Positions 50,729 through 61,439 of a stretch of 64,000 nucleotides of DNA are shown one piece after another. This DNA comes from an uncultured Verrucomicrobiae bacterium. Its GTDB lineage: Bacteria; Verrucomicrobiota; Verrucomicrobiia; Chthoniobacterales; JAFAMB01. How positions within the stretch are numbered: position 1 is the stretch's first letter; every line of letters starts with the position of its first letter. Where the stretch lies: contig CAWAIK010000001.1 in the NCBI GenBank assembly GCA_963782115.1, positions 1 to 64,000 of the forward strand, given 5' to 3'. The notes under the pieces were generated by a model. The model searched no databases and was not told the DNA's origin. It was given only the letters and a program-made list of their open reading frames with translations. The translations under genes were made by a program, and so were the position numbers.

Positions 50729-51043
50729 ATGAACGAAGAATTCGAAAAGCGATTCGATGCTGGGGAAGATCCTAAATCGTTGCGGTTTGACCTGGATAAT
50801 GCAGTCGTAGAAGAGCCGGAAACCCAAACGCTCAACGTCATTGAACCTGCCACCAGGCGCGTGCTTGGGACAATCGAGGCGGATATCTTCCGATCCGACA
50901 AGCTCCTTTACGGCGCCGGTTCACATGGTTGGAGGGCATGGGAGACGCTCACCGAACGAGAGCGCGCGGAGTTCGGGCTCGAGCAGGAGGATCCGGTCCA
51001 CTTCGAGCGGGCCCAGAAGACCAGGGATATGGACTCGCGATGA
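50729..51043 (+). CDS. Hypothetical protein
   Basis: 104-aa ORF. Confidence 0.5.
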   Translation: MNEEFEKRFDAGEDPKSLRFDLDNAVVEEPETQTLNVIEPATRRVLGTIEADIFRSDKLLYGAGSHGWRAWETLTERERAEFGLEQEDPVHFERAQKTRDMDSR

Positions 51044-51366
51044 GGCTTATGCCTACTATCGGCCATCAATCAGCAGGACTTACGCTATAGCAGCGTCTCC
51101 CCAAGCGAAAATGCCCGACGAAGGTCAGCTCGAATTGCTCGCGCCGTGGTATACCCAAAACACGAGCGAATCACGGACTCTGGAGCTGTTCGACGCTATC
51201 CGGAAGTATCCGTTTGCGGTTACGACCACGGTTCCGAAGCCCGAACGCCTTGATACTCTGCGCCGGCATTGAGCAATGGCCGGGATCCTTTTTCCCAAAG
51301 GCCCTTGCTCAAAGTCCTCCTGACTTCCAACTCCCGAACTCCTGAACTCCTGAACTGCTGCCTCTC

Positions 51367-52791
51367 CTATCCCGCGACCTCATCCCGGGTCAACGTTCCG
51401 TTTATCGTGCGCCAGATCTTACGAATGTTGCTGTTTTGCAACTCCGTTGGCAACAGCTCCTGCGGCAGGCCTTGATAACAAACTGGTCTGGCAAACCGCT
51501 GGATTGCCGCTGTCCCAACTGACGTGAACCTGTTGTCTGTGGTTGCGGGGTACGGACCTCCGTGGTGCATCGACGGAGCGACTTCTACGCCGGTCGGATA
51601 ACCGTTCCACACAATGCGTCCCGCCTTTTCCTGCAACACACGCAGCAAACGTCCGCTCAGTGTTTCATCCTCCGGTTCGGCGTGAACTGTTGCGGTCAAC
51701 TGACCGTCAAGCTCGCCCGCCAGTGCAATTAACTCATCTGCATTCTCGCATCGCACCAGAGCAGTTGCAGGCCCGAATATTTCGTCATGCAGGGCGCTTT
51801 CTTGGCGAAACTTCTTTCCATCGGTTACTAACAAATAGGCGCCTCCTTTTGCTCGGATATAATCCTTTGCCTTTGACAGGGATTCTTCGAAACGCTTGGA
51901 AATCGAATTGTTGAGCATGCGACCTTTTGGCACTTTGGATAGTTCTTCACCTAGCCGCGCGGCAAACTGGCCTAAGGCCGCGGAATCCTGCGCAATGACC
52001 AATCCCGGTTTTGTGCAGAATTGGCCTGTTCCCAAGGAGACTGAACCCGCCACGCCCGTTGCGATCGGTTCCCAGCGTTTTTCGAGCGCCCGCGGCAGTA
52101 CGAACAACGGGTTTAGACTCCCCATCTCCGCGAAAACGGGAATCGGTTCAGGGCGCGAATTTGCCGCATCGAACAGTGCTCGACCAGCCCTTGTGGACCC
52201 GGTGAATCCCACCGCTCTCATCAACGGGTGGCGAACGAGTTCAAGACCGATTTCAACGCTCGCCTCCTCAATCATGGCAAAAACGCCTTCCGGCATCCGG
52301 CAGTCTTCAGCAGCTTTCAAGATGGCAGCAGCTGCGATTGCCGAAGTTTCGGGATGTCCAGGGTGAGGCTTCACCACCACTGGACAGCCCGCAGCCAGCG
52401 CTGAGGCGGTGTCGCCTCCCGCAACCGAGAATGCCAGCGGGAAGTTGCTGGCGCCGAATACGGCCACTGGACCCAGAGGGATCAGCATCCGGCGAAGATC
52501 GGGTTTGGGGGTCGGTTTTCTGTCCGGAAGCGACGTATCGATCCGAGCATCCACCCAGGATCCCTCTCGAACGAGATCGGCGAACATCTTGAGCTGGTTC
52601 ACCGTGCGTGCTCTCTCACCGACAAGTCGATCCAGGGAAAGAGCCGTTTCCTCGACGCAGGTTGAAATCAATTTCTCGCCGGCGGCCATCAATCGTTCTC
52701 CGATTCGTTCCAAGAATCCGGCGAGAACTTCCGGTCCCGGGCTGCAATAAGCCGCGGCGGTTTCGACGATCTTCTCAAGTTGTTGGGGCAT
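51367..52791 (-). CDS. NADP-dependent aldehyde dehydrogenase (alpha-ketoglutaric semialdehyde dehydrogenase type)
   Basis: FGASNFPLAFSVAGGDTASALAAG, FTGS, EMGS.NP, GQFCTKPG, EIFGP. Confidence 0.92.
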   Translation of the reverse strand: MPQQLEKIVETAAAYCSPGPEVLAGFLERIGERLMAAGEKLISTCVEETALSLDRLVGERARTVNQLKMFADLVREGSWVDARIDTSLPDRKPTPKPDLRRMLIPLGPVAVFGASNFPLAFSVAGGDTASALAAGCPVVVKPHPGHPETSAIAAAAILKAAEDCRMPEGVFAMIEEASVEIGLELVRHPLMRAVGFTGSTRAGRALFDAANSRPEPIPVFAEMGSLNPLFVLPRALEKRWEPIATGVAGSVSLGTGQFCTKPGLVIAQDSAALGQFAARLGEELSKVPKGRMLNNSISKRFEESLSKAKDYIRAKGGAYLLVTDGKKFRQESALHDEIFGPATALVRCENADELIALAGELDGQLTATVHAEPEDETLSGRLLRVLQEKAGRIVWNGYPTGVEVAPSMHHGGPYPATTDNRFTSVGTAAIQRFARPVCYQGLPQELLPTELQNSNIRKIWRTINGTLTRDEVAG

Positions 52792-52886
52792 AAGGGAGAG
52801 TAAGCCGATCGGCGTATCGGAGAGCCTTGTACCAAAATGATCTCTGCAATCTGCGTAATCTGTGGTTAATAAATTCGGAAGTTACG

Positions 52887-54068
52887 TTAAATCAATCGGC
52901 GCCTGGCCAGGCTTCGCATAAGGTGGGTCGCACCAAAATTCCAGGGCTCACAATCGTTGGTGTGCCGCATACGGTTCGCGAGAGCTCCTAGTTTGTCCGA
53001 GCTGATTCTCACGATGTCGCCGATTTTATGGCTGAATCCCATCCCGGGAACGTCGCGGTCCTCCGTTGGCGCGAACATGGTACCGAGAAAAAGGACAACA
53101 CCGTCCGGGTATCCATGATGCGGTCCGATCATCTGTGCCACAAGGTCGCGCGGATCCCTGCTGATCCGGGATAATGAAGAGACCGCGTGAAGATGAAATT
53201 CATCTTCGCCATCGATTGTCATGTGAACCTCCATCTGGCGGATGTCTTCGAGAGAAAAGCTTTCGTCGAAGAGGCGGATGAAAGGGCCTACAGCGCAGCT
53301 GGCGTTGTTATCTTTCGCCTTGCCAAGCAGCAGCGCGGATCGACCTTCGACATCCCGAAGATTCACGTCGTTGCCGAGCGATGCCCCTATGATCTCGCCG
53401 GCGCTCGAAAGAATAAGGACAACCTCAGGCTCCGGGTTGTTCCAAGACGAAATCGGATGAAAGCCGGCGTCATGGCCGTAGCCGACAGCCGACATCGGCT
53501 GAGCCTTGGTGAAAAGCTCTGCGTCCGGTCCAATCCCGACTTCCAGGTATTGAGACCAGAGACCTTTTTTTAGCAAGAGTTCCTTCAACGAAGCAGCTTG
53601 CCGGCTTCCTGGTATCAATTTGTCCAATGCCTGGCCGACCGATGAGACAATTTCATTTCGAATTGAGGAAGATTCCTGCGGATTACCGCGGGCTTGCTCT
53701 TCAATTATCCGTTCCAGCAGGCTCACGGCAAACGTCACTCCGGCAGCTTTGATGGCTTGCATGTCGATGGGCGCAAGCAACCACGCTTTTCGCGCATCGC
53801 GCTGATCGGGCGGCGAATTTTGCAGAAGCTCATCGAGCGTACCAACTGGTTCCCCTGAAAGAGCGGCGACGCTTGCGGCCGGCTTCTGCGCTTCACACAA
53901 GTCGCGCATCGTCGGGAACGTTTCGCTGATGTCGAGCAGGGCCCCGTCGCGGACAACGACGACAGAAGGTCCTTGAACGTCAGGGCGCCATACTCGCCCT
54001 ACGAGGCATCCGAGCGGCCAATCGGTCGGGAGGATATTCTGATGATCTATCTTGGTTTTCCAATTCAT
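52887..54068 (-). CDS. FAH-family protein, XylX-like 2-keto-3-deoxy-pentonate dehydratase
   Basis: IKAAGVTF, YLEVGIGPDAE, WNNPEPE, GNDVNLRD.EGRSALLL. Confidence 0.88.
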   Translation of the reverse strand: MNWKTKIDHQNILPTDWPLGCLVGRVWRPDVQGPSVVVVRDGALLDISETFPTMRDLCEAQKPAASVAALSGEPVGTLDELLQNSPPDQRDARKAWLLAPIDMQAIKAAGVTFAVSLLERIIEEQARGNPQESSSIRNEIVSSVGQALDKLIPGSRQAASLKELLLKKGLWSQYLEVGIGPDAELFTKAQPMSAVGYGHDAGFHPISSWNNPEPEVVLILSSAGEIIGASLGNDVNLRDVEGRSALLLGKAKDNNASCAVGPFIRLFDESFSLEDIRQMEVHMTIDGEDEFHLHAVSSLSRISRDPRDLVAQMIGPHHGYPDGVVLFLGTMFAPTEDRDVPGMGFSHKIGDIVRISSDKLGALANRMRHTNDCEPWNFGATHLMRSLARRRLI

Positions 54069-54783
54069 TGGGAAGATTCCATGACATTATGAGATGACTT
54101 TTGTCGAAACCGAAGGATTGACCGTGTCTAGGAAAGTTGCCAGTAGTCAGTGTCAGTAGTGGGAAGAGTCGGTCGAAGTATCCATCTCGACAAGTCTCAG
54201 CTCGAATGGATACTTCCACCGAGGCCGTCCGGTGACCAGACCGGCCCGAAACAGTTATTGCTCGGCGTCTCTTTGAAGACCTTCGTTGCGCCAGTGGAGA
54301 CCTCCGCCACGGCGATGTAAAGCAGAATGCTTGAACGTGCATTTTGCCTATGAGTATTTAGATCTGACCCCACAAAATATGAAATGTATGGAATGTAAAG
54401 TTCTGGGTGCGGAAGGCAAATTCATGTGTATTATATAAACTTTCGAAGGAGAAGCTGATGAAACCAACCCGCTGGGAAGACATCCTTTCCGGCTCTGAAC
54501 GTGTCAGTCGGAGAAATTCGGCCCCCCGAGGGTCGGACGAGAGCTTTTTCAGCCTTTTGCTGGAGATGGAAGGCCGTTTGCGCGCAGGCATGAAGGATGA
54601 TTCACAGCTTGGACCTGGACGACGCAAGTATTCAAAAATAAGGCATCCTAAGCGATCGACGCCCAGCACACTCTCTCGTTATATTGAGTAGCTGAGACTG
54701 CACAGGCCGATCCGAATCGAGACCTGGTTGCGAAGTGGAGTTCACTTTCTATGGATACTATTGCATTGGCCCAGGTCCCGGGG

Positions 54784-55776
54784 ATGCGGCTCATTCAGTT
54801 TCTAGAGGACGGACTGACTCGAGTTGGTTTGGTGGAAGATGCGGAAACAGTTCAGGCGCTCGTAGTCCAGGGTGGAACCTATGCTCTGGCTCAACGTGCG
54901 ATTCAGGAGGGCCGATCGGTTCGTGACATTGTCGAGTCTTTGAAAGGGAACGAACAGGTCTCCTATCAGGCGCTCGTTGACGCAGGCACCTTACTGCCGC
55001 CAATCATGCACCCCGATCCTGCGCACTTTTGTGTTTCGGGCACGGGGCTGACTCACTTGGGCAGCGCCGATACCCGTGACTCCATGCACGTGAAATTGAA
55101 CGATCCATCCGGGGCGTTGACCGATTCGATGAAGATGTTCAAGCTCGGCATCGAAGGAGGTAAGCCGGAGGCAGGAAAAATCGGCGCCCAGCCCGAATGG
55201 TTCTACAAAGGGGATGGCAGCTCTATCGTGGCGCCTTATGCGCCCATTCCAGTTCCTGCATTTGCTCTGGATGGCGGTGAAGAACCGGAGCTGGTCGGAA
55301 TTTATTTGATCGGTCCGGACCGAAAGCCTTATCGGATCGGGTTCGCTTTGGGAAATGAATTCTCGGATCACGTCACGGAGAGGCAAAATTATTTGTGGCT
55401 CGCTCATTCGAAGCTCCGCTATTGCAGTTTCGGCCCGGAATTGCGTCTTGGCGAAGTTCCTCAGGCACTTGAGGGAGTGAGCAGGGTGCTGCGAAACGGG
55501 AAGCCGTTATGGGAAAAGCCTTTTCTGACCGGGGAAGAAAACATGTGTCACACGGTCGCCAATCTCGAACATCACCATTTCAAGTACCCGCAGTTCCGTC
55601 GTGCGGGGGACCTGCATATTCACTTTTTTGGCACTTCGACGTTGAGTTTTGCCGACGGCGTCAAGACGGTGGAAAACGACCAATTCGAAATCTCTGTACC
55701 TGCATTTGGACGGCCGCTGCTGAATCCTTTGCACTTTGTGGTGGACGAAGGTCACGTCGCTGTCACGCAGATCTAG
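54784..55776 (+). CDS. AraD1/GguC-type FAH-family protein
   Basis: GTGLTHLGSA, QPEWFYKG, GGEEPE, NEFSDH..ERQNYLWLAHSKLR. Confidence 0.88.
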   Translation: MRLIQFLEDGLTRVGLVEDAETVQALVVQGGTYALAQRAIQEGRSVRDIVESLKGNEQVSYQALVDAGTLLPPIMHPDPAHFCVSGTGLTHLGSADTRDSMHVKLNDPSGALTDSMKMFKLGIEGGKPEAGKIGAQPEWFYKGDGSSIVAPYAPIPVPAFALDGGEEPELVGIYLIGPDRKPYRIGFALGNEFSDHVTERQNYLWLAHSKLRYCSFGPELRLGEVPQALEGVSRVLRNGKPLWEKPFLTGEENMCHTVANLEHHHFKYPQFRRAGDLHIHFFGTSTLSFADGVKTVENDQFEISVPAFGRPLLNPLHFVVDEGHVAVTQI

Positions 55777-55779
55777 AAC

Positions 55780-55899
55780 TCAGGAGCCAGGAGTTGCAGG
55801 AGTCCAGGGGGCAAATACCTTTGGGCGGTAAAACAAACTAATGGCATTGAATCGACTGCTGGCCACTCGTATTCTGCAACTCCTGAACTCCTGACTCCC
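55780..55899. repeat. Inverted pair of CAGGAGT(T)-type short tandem repeats
   Basis: CAGGAGCCAGGAGTTGCAG ... CTGCAACTCCTGAACTCCTG; related copies near 44498-44577 and 51317-51357. Confidence 0.65.
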
Positions 55900-55905
55900 G
55901 TCTTA

Positions 55906-57258
55906 ATGAAATTATTCCATGTTGCCGACGTGCACCTTGGTCGTCGACGGATGGAAGGCCGCTTGCCGGACGCCGACTTGGCTGCGGCCTTCGATCATGT
56001 GGCAAAGAAAGCGATTGAAGAGAGGGCGGACGTTTTTCTGATCGCCGGCGATCTGTTTGACCGGCCGACGGTGGAGCCTCCGCATCTGCGTCAGGCTCAA
56101 CGGATTCTCGGTTGCCTGAAAGGGAGTGGAATTCCGGTGATCGCGATCGAGGGAAATCACGACAGGGCCTTCATTCACTCCGAAGAGCCTACCTGGATGC
56201 AGTTTTTGGCTGAAGACGATCTTCTGGTGCTGCTGCGGACCACCTTCGATTCGACCGGACCGATTCTGACTCCGTGGAATCCCACCCGAAGGGCCGGGTC
56301 CTGGATCGATTTTGACGGGATTCGGTTCGTGGGAGCCGGCTATCTCGGCGCTGCCACGCCGTTCAAGGTCCGCCAACTAGTGTCGCGGCTGGAGAGCGAT
56401 AAAACGCACGTTCTCATCCTGCATGCGGGGCCGGACTATTTTGTCGGGGAGGGGGGCGGATTTTCTTCGTCCGATCTGCAGGCGCTGAACGAGAAAACGT
56501 GTTATCTCGCGCTGGGCCATATTCATCGTCCTATGCTTTACGGTGCTTGGGCCTGCAACCCTGGATCACCGGAAAACTGTGATCTGGGCGAAGCGAGTTA
56601 TGACCGCCATCCAGGAGGGGTTTCGGTGGCGCGCGGCTATGCGGTTCTGCAGATTGACCCTGCTCAACGTCAGAAGCCGATCGACCTTCGGATTCACAGC
56701 AATCCGCGCCGCCCCGTTCACCGTCTGACCCTTGATTGTTGGCCGTTTGGAAATAAGACGAAGGATGGTGCGGCTGCACTTGTCAAAGCAGCGGTGAAGC
56801 TCATTCGGACGGCGGAAGTCGCGCCAGAATCTGTGATCGATCTCAGGCTGACGGGGAAGTTAAACCTGAGCCGTATCGCTTTGGATCAGGCATGGGCCGC
56901 AAGCGAGATCGAGACGCAGGCAGAAGTGTTTGCCGTATCTGTCGATTTTGGCAGTCTGGACGTCGGAGGATCGTTTGCGGAAACTGAACTGGCCACCAAA
57001 GGCTTCTCTCGGGAAGATCTGGAGAAAGCGGCGATTCGGGATGTCGTGGCCGCGAAACACCTTTGGGGAATTGATCATCGAGAGGATGAATTTTCCGCAT
57101 TTTGTTACGAGCTCAAAGAGGCGGTCCGCCAGGAAAAATCCGGGACTGAATTGGCGGAACTAATTGGGCGCAGTCCACTCGTGGAACTGATCGTGAAGTC
57201 AAATTCAGCGACGGCAGAAAGGCAGACATTCCAAGACTTTTCGGAGGACGCCCCGTGA
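55906..57258 (+). CDS. sbcD: SbcD/Mre11-family nuclease
   Basis: ADVHLG, AGDLFD, GNHD, ALGHIH, NPGSPE. Confidence 0.88.
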   Translation: MKLFHVADVHLGRRRMEGRLPDADLAAAFDHVAKKAIEERADVFLIAGDLFDRPTVEPPHLRQAQRILGCLKGSGIPVIAIEGNHDRAFIHSEEPTWMQFLAEDDLLVLLRTTFDSTGPILTPWNPTRRAGSWIDFDGIRFVGAGYLGAATPFKVRQLVSRLESDKTHVLILHAGPDYFVGEGGGFSSSDLQALNEKTCYLALGHIHRPMLYGAWACNPGSPENCDLGEASYDRHPGGVSVARGYAVLQIDPAQRQKPIDLRIHSNPRRPVHRLTLDCWPFGNKTKDGAAALVKAAVKLIRTAEVAPESVIDLRLTGKLNLSRIALDQAWAASEIETQAEVFAVSVDFGSLDVGGSFAETELATKGFSREDLEKAAIRDVVAAKHLWGIDHREDEFSAFCYELKEAVRQEKSGTELAELIGRSPLVELIVKSNSATAERQTFQDFSEDAP

Positions 57259-60200
57259 TTGTTCAGTCGATGCGGCTTAAGAACATCAAGTCGTATGGAG
57301 AAGGACTCGATGGCGACGGCGTGACAATCTCTTTTGAACCTGGAACGAACCGCGTAGCCGGGAAAAATGGACATGGTAAGACGACCCTGATCGAAAGTCT
57401 CGGATACGCGCTCTTCCTGACCGAGCCGATATTTGAAGAAAGTTTTCAGCTGGATACTTATTTTCTTCGGGCCGGAAAGAAGGCAGCAGAGATCGATGTA
57501 ACGTTCAGCCACCGAGGTGAATACTATCGGATTGAGCGCGGTCTGGGCCCGCATAGTCGGCGGCAAGCAAAGGTTGTTGAGTTGGAGGACGGGAGCACCT
57601 GCGCGGAAGGTAAAAGAGAAGTCGCCGCCTTCTTATGTCGATTGTTTGATTTGCCGGATCCTAACCGCTTCTCGGAACTCTTCTGGAAGCTGATTGGCGT
57701 TCGGCAAGGCCGTCTCACATGGCCGTTTGATTCGAAGCCGAGTGTCGCAAAGGATTTCTTCGAACCGCTCCTGGATGTGGCGGTGTTCCGCGAGTGTTTT
57801 GAGTCGCTCAAACCGGCCGTGGACGAATTCATGGCGCGTCTTCATGAGCAGGAAAGAGTTCGAGCCGCCGTCGAAGAGCGAATTCGCGAACGCGGCGACA
57901 GCCCTGCCACGCTTGAGGCGAAGCGCCGGCAATTCCGCGAGATTGAGCTGCGCCTGCAGGAATTGAATAAAGTTCAGGAAGACATTTCGAAGAGGTTGGC
58001 GCATCTCGAAGCGACGGAGATTTCGCTAAGAGCGACCGAATTACAACGAAGCGGGGCCGAGAATGCGCTCGGGTTAGCCCGGCAACAGCGTGAGATCTCC
58101 GACCAACGGATGCGAGAATCCGCAGAAGCCGCCGCCGTCGTTGCGCTGGTCGCGTCAGGTTACAACTCCTTCGAAAATGCTGAGAAAGAACTCCAGGTCC
58201 TTCGAGCAAAACAGGCTGAACAGCATCGGCTTGAAATGGAAATTGCCGATGCGGAAAAGAAAAAGATCGAGCTCGACGGCAAATCAAACGCGGCGCGTTC
58301 GCAGACGGATGTTTTTGCCCGGCAGAGACAGGGAAAGGAGGCGGAGCGGTTAAACATCCGTGAACGGGTCGAAGCGCTTCGAAATCGTTTGCGGCTCTCT
58401 CAGCCGGAATTCGAAAAGCAGAAGGGCCTGGCGAACAGGGCGACTCATTATCTTTCTGAGATGCGCCATTTCGTGAGCGGTTTTGCGGACCTGCTTGCGC
58501 ATGGGGAAACGACATTGAAGAAAATGAAGGCGATAACGGCAGCCCTCGCTGCAACGGATGCCTCTGCCCTGCAGGCAGCGCGGCATCAAGAAGAGACCAC
58601 GGCCGAGGCGCTACACTCTTTCCGGCAACAACTCGCTGCTGCGAACGCCGAGCACGCTGGGCTCCTGAAACAGCTTCAAGAAATCGGAGACGGAATTTGT
58701 CCTTTTTTGAAGGAGCGATGCAGGCAGTTCGATCCTTCCAAAGTGGAAGGAGATATGAAAGATAAGAGCGCGACGATTGAATTTCTGGAGAGTAAAGGAG
58801 GAATTGCCGAATCCGCTTTTCGCGCGGCGCAAATCGAACATGAACGTCGGCGCGAGGAAGAACAGAATCTGTTCAGGAAGAGCAGTCAGCTTGAACAGAT
58901 GGGCATTGATTTCTTGTCTGCATTTGAACGTTTTGCCTGGGAAAAGACCGGGGAACCGGTGAACGGGTTGCGACAATGGACTCAAGAAGTGCAAGCCATG
59001 CCCGAGTGCCCGGCTCCGCAGGCGAAAGGCCTCGACACCGAAATATTTGAGAAAATCCACGAGCAAAATGTCGACTATTTGAAGGAATTGAAAACCTGGT
59101 GGCAAAGGACTGAGAAGGTTGTGCAAGAGCGGATCAATGTGGTTCTGGAGGAAGAAAGGCGGCTGGGTTCGGATCAACAGGACGAAGTCAATAACAAAGA
59201 TCTTCTTCGACGGATCGAATCTGAAATTGGGAAACTCGCGCTCGCAGAGAATGAACAGCGCGAAGCTGCCGCCGGCTGCCGGAAAGCATCCGTGGAGCTT
59301 GAAAGAACAATTGCCCAACTCGATCAACGCCGCCGAGCTTTCGACTTTTTGGGCGAGGAAATCGTGCTCCTGGAACGCACGCAACAGAAGTACCGGAGCG
59401 ACTATCAGCGGTATCTTGGGGCAAAGCCGTTAGCCGATGAACGAAGTTCGCGCGAAATGGAACTGAACGTTCGACGAGAACAGGAGGGACGCGCAGTAGC
59501 GAAGCTGAGGCTTTGTGAGAGTACGCTTTCGGAGTTGGGCAGAGGTTTTGACGAGTCCGCGTTAACCGCTGTGCGCCGCGAATTTCAAGAGACAAGTGCC
59601 GCATCAGCGGCGGAATCGAACAAATTGGAGAATGCGCGACGAGAAACCGATCGCGAAGAGAGCCGTTTCCGCGAGTGGCAGGAAGCGTGCGCCAGCCGGG
59701 ACGAAATCGTTCGCGTCCTCCAACGATTGGCAGCCGAGATCAAGTTAACGGAATTAGCGCGCGTCGCTCTGAGGGATTCCGCTCCGATCGTGGCTCAACA
59801 TATGTGCGACAGAATTGCCGGACAAGCTCAACGGATCTTTAATCGGATCAATCATGATTCTGTGGAACTGAGGTGGGAAGCTGTGCCGCGTTACAGTCTG
59901 CGAGTGATTCCCGGGGATCGGCGATTTGCCATGCTTTCAGGCGGCGAACAGACCAAGCTTGCATTAGCAATGACCCTCGCCATGATCCAGGAGTTCAGCG
60001 GATTGCGGTTCTGCATCTTTGACGAGCCTACCTACGGAGTCGATGCCGAAAGCCGGGAAAAGCTCGGGGACGCCTTGCTTGAATCGCAAAAAGCTGCGGA
60101 ACTGGAGCAATTGATTCTTGTTTCACACGACGACGCCTTTGATGGAAAAATTGAACACTCGATTTTTTTGCGAAAAACAGCTGCCACCGGAACCGAAGTT

Positions 60201-60263
60201 GTTCAGTTCCCCAGCCAAGTAAATAGTCGGGAAAGCCAGAACCCTGTTACTAGCGGAGCTTGA
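57255..60263 (+). CDS. sbcC: SbcC/Rad50-family SMC ATPase
   Basis: GKNGHGKTT, long coiled coil, LSGGE, FDEPT, VSH. Confidence 0.88.
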   Translation: MIVQSMRLKNIKSYGEGLDGDGVTISFEPGTNRVAGKNGHGKTTLIESLGYALFLTEPIFEESFQLDTYFLRAGKKAAEIDVTFSHRGEYYRIERGLGPHSRRQAKVVELEDGSTCAEGKREVAAFLCRLFDLPDPNRFSELFWKLIGVRQGRLTWPFDSKPSVAKDFFEPLLDVAVFRECFESLKPAVDEFMARLHEQERVRAAVEERIRERGDSPATLEAKRRQFREIELRLQELNKVQEDISKRLAHLEATEISLRATELQRSGAENALGLARQQREISDQRMRESAEAAAVVALVASGYNSFENAEKELQVLRAKQAEQHRLEMEIADAEKKKIELDGKSNAARSQTDVFARQRQGKEAERLNIRERVEALRNRLRLSQPEFEKQKGLANRATHYLSEMRHFVSGFADLLAHGETTLKKMKAITAALAATDASALQAARHQEETTAEALHSFRQQLAAANAEHAGLLKQLQEIGDGICPFLKERCRQFDPSKVEGDMKDKSATIEFLESKGGIAESAFRAAQIEHERRREEEQNLFRKSSQLEQMGIDFLSAFERFAWEKTGEPVNGLRQWTQEVQAMPECPAPQAKGLDTEIFEKIHEQNVDYLKELKTWWQRTEKVVQERINVVLEEERRLGSDQQDEVNNKDLLRRIESEIGKLALAENEQREAAAGCRKASVELERTIAQLDQRRRAFDFLGEEIVLLERTQQKYRSDYQRYLGAKPLADERSSREMELNVRREQEGRAVAKLRLCESTLSELGRGFDESALTAVRREFQETSAASAAESNKLENARRETDREESRFREWQEACASRDEIVRVLQRLAAEIKLTELARVALRDSAPIVAQHMCDRIAGQAQRIFNRINHDSVELRWEAVPRYSLRVIPGDRRFAMLSGGEQTKLALAMTLAMIQEFSGLRFCIFDEPTYGVDAESREKLGDALLESQKAAELEQLILVSHDDAFDGKIEHSIFLRKTAATGTEVVQFPSQVNSRESQNPVTSGA

Positions 60264-60309
60264 CCGAAAGACCGGCATGACGCGTATTAGTTCACCCAGG
60301 AGAAACCGA

Positions 60310-61329
60310 ATGAACCGTACATTAGCCACCCTCGCTGCGGCCGGATTGACGCTCGCAAATGTCTGGGCTCAGGATAAACCGCTGCCGCTGCCCGACAAAT
60401 ACGAACAGCCGCTCGGCACCTGTTATGAGGAACTCAGATATCCTTATCCGACGGCTTTCCTGAACCTGTTTGTCGAGGGTCAAGACCTGCGGATGTGCTT
60501 TATGGATATCCAACCGCCCAAAAACCCGAATGGACGTACGGTTGTCTTGCTACATGGGAAGAATTTTTATGGCGCATACTGGGCGGATACCGCCAAATTT
60601 CTGACGGATCGCGGATTTCGCGTGATCATACCTGACCAGCTCGGCTTCGGGAAATCCTCCAAGCCGAGCATCCATTACAGCTTCGATTTTCTGGCGGAGA
60701 ACACGGCCGGCCTGCTTGATCTCCTTCAAGTCCAGAAAGCCACGATTATCGGGCACTCGATGGGCGGTATGCTGGCTATCCGGTTTGCCAGGCTATACCC
60801 AGGCCGCACGGAAGCGTTGGTCCTTGAAGATCCAATTGGCCTTGAAGATTATTCATTGAGCGTGCCGCCCGCCCCCCTTGAACAGCTCTATCAACAGGAA
60901 CTGAATCTGAGCCTGGACGAATATCGCAAATATGTGCAGAGCTATTTCGTAACATACCCGAAGGATCGGGCGGAAGCGTTTGTCGAACCCCGTATGCGAG
61001 TCAGTTTGAGCGGCGATTTTCCACGCTGGGCGTTATGCGCGGCCTTGACGACTCTCATGATCTATCAGCAACCCGTTTGCTACGAGCTCTCCGAAATCAA
61101 GGTTCCTACACTTCTGATTGTTGGTCAGGAAGATCATACGGCTCTGGGCAAAGATCGTGCGCCGATCGATCTGCGACGAAATCTTGGCAATGTTCCTGAG
61201 CTCGCGAAAAAAGCTGCCGAGGCGATCCCGGGAGCGCGGCTCATTGAATTGCCGAACGTCGGGCACATTCCTCACTTGGAAGCTCCAGGCGCATTTTATC
61301 AAGCCGTCGAAGACTTCCTCCGACGCTGA
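60310..61329 (+). CDS. Secreted alpha/beta hydrolase
   Basis: LLHGKNF, DQLGFGKS, GHSMGG, VGHIPH. Confidence 0.9.
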   Translation: MNRTLATLAAAGLTLANVWAQDKPLPLPDKYEQPLGTCYEELRYPYPTAFLNLFVEGQDLRMCFMDIQPPKNPNGRTVVLLHGKNFYGAYWADTAKFLTDRGFRVIIPDQLGFGKSSKPSIHYSFDFLAENTAGLLDLLQVQKATIIGHSMGGMLAIRFARLYPGRTEALVLEDPIGLEDYSLSVPPAPLEQLYQQELNLSLDEYRKYVQSYFVTYPKDRAEAFVEPRMRVSLSGDFPRWALCAALTTLMIYQQPVCYELSEIKVPTLLIVGQEDHTALGKDRAPIDLRRNLGNVPELAKKAAEAIPGARLIELPNVGHIPHLEAPGAFYQAVEDFLRR

Positions 61330-61439
61330 AGGGGAAGCGTATCGGCGTCCCGGGAGAAAGGTGTCGGCGAATCGGCGGCCGTTGAAGTAAGATCGCTTTG
61401 CCGCACAGCAACAATGACTTGGAGACCTCGTCGAAATTG

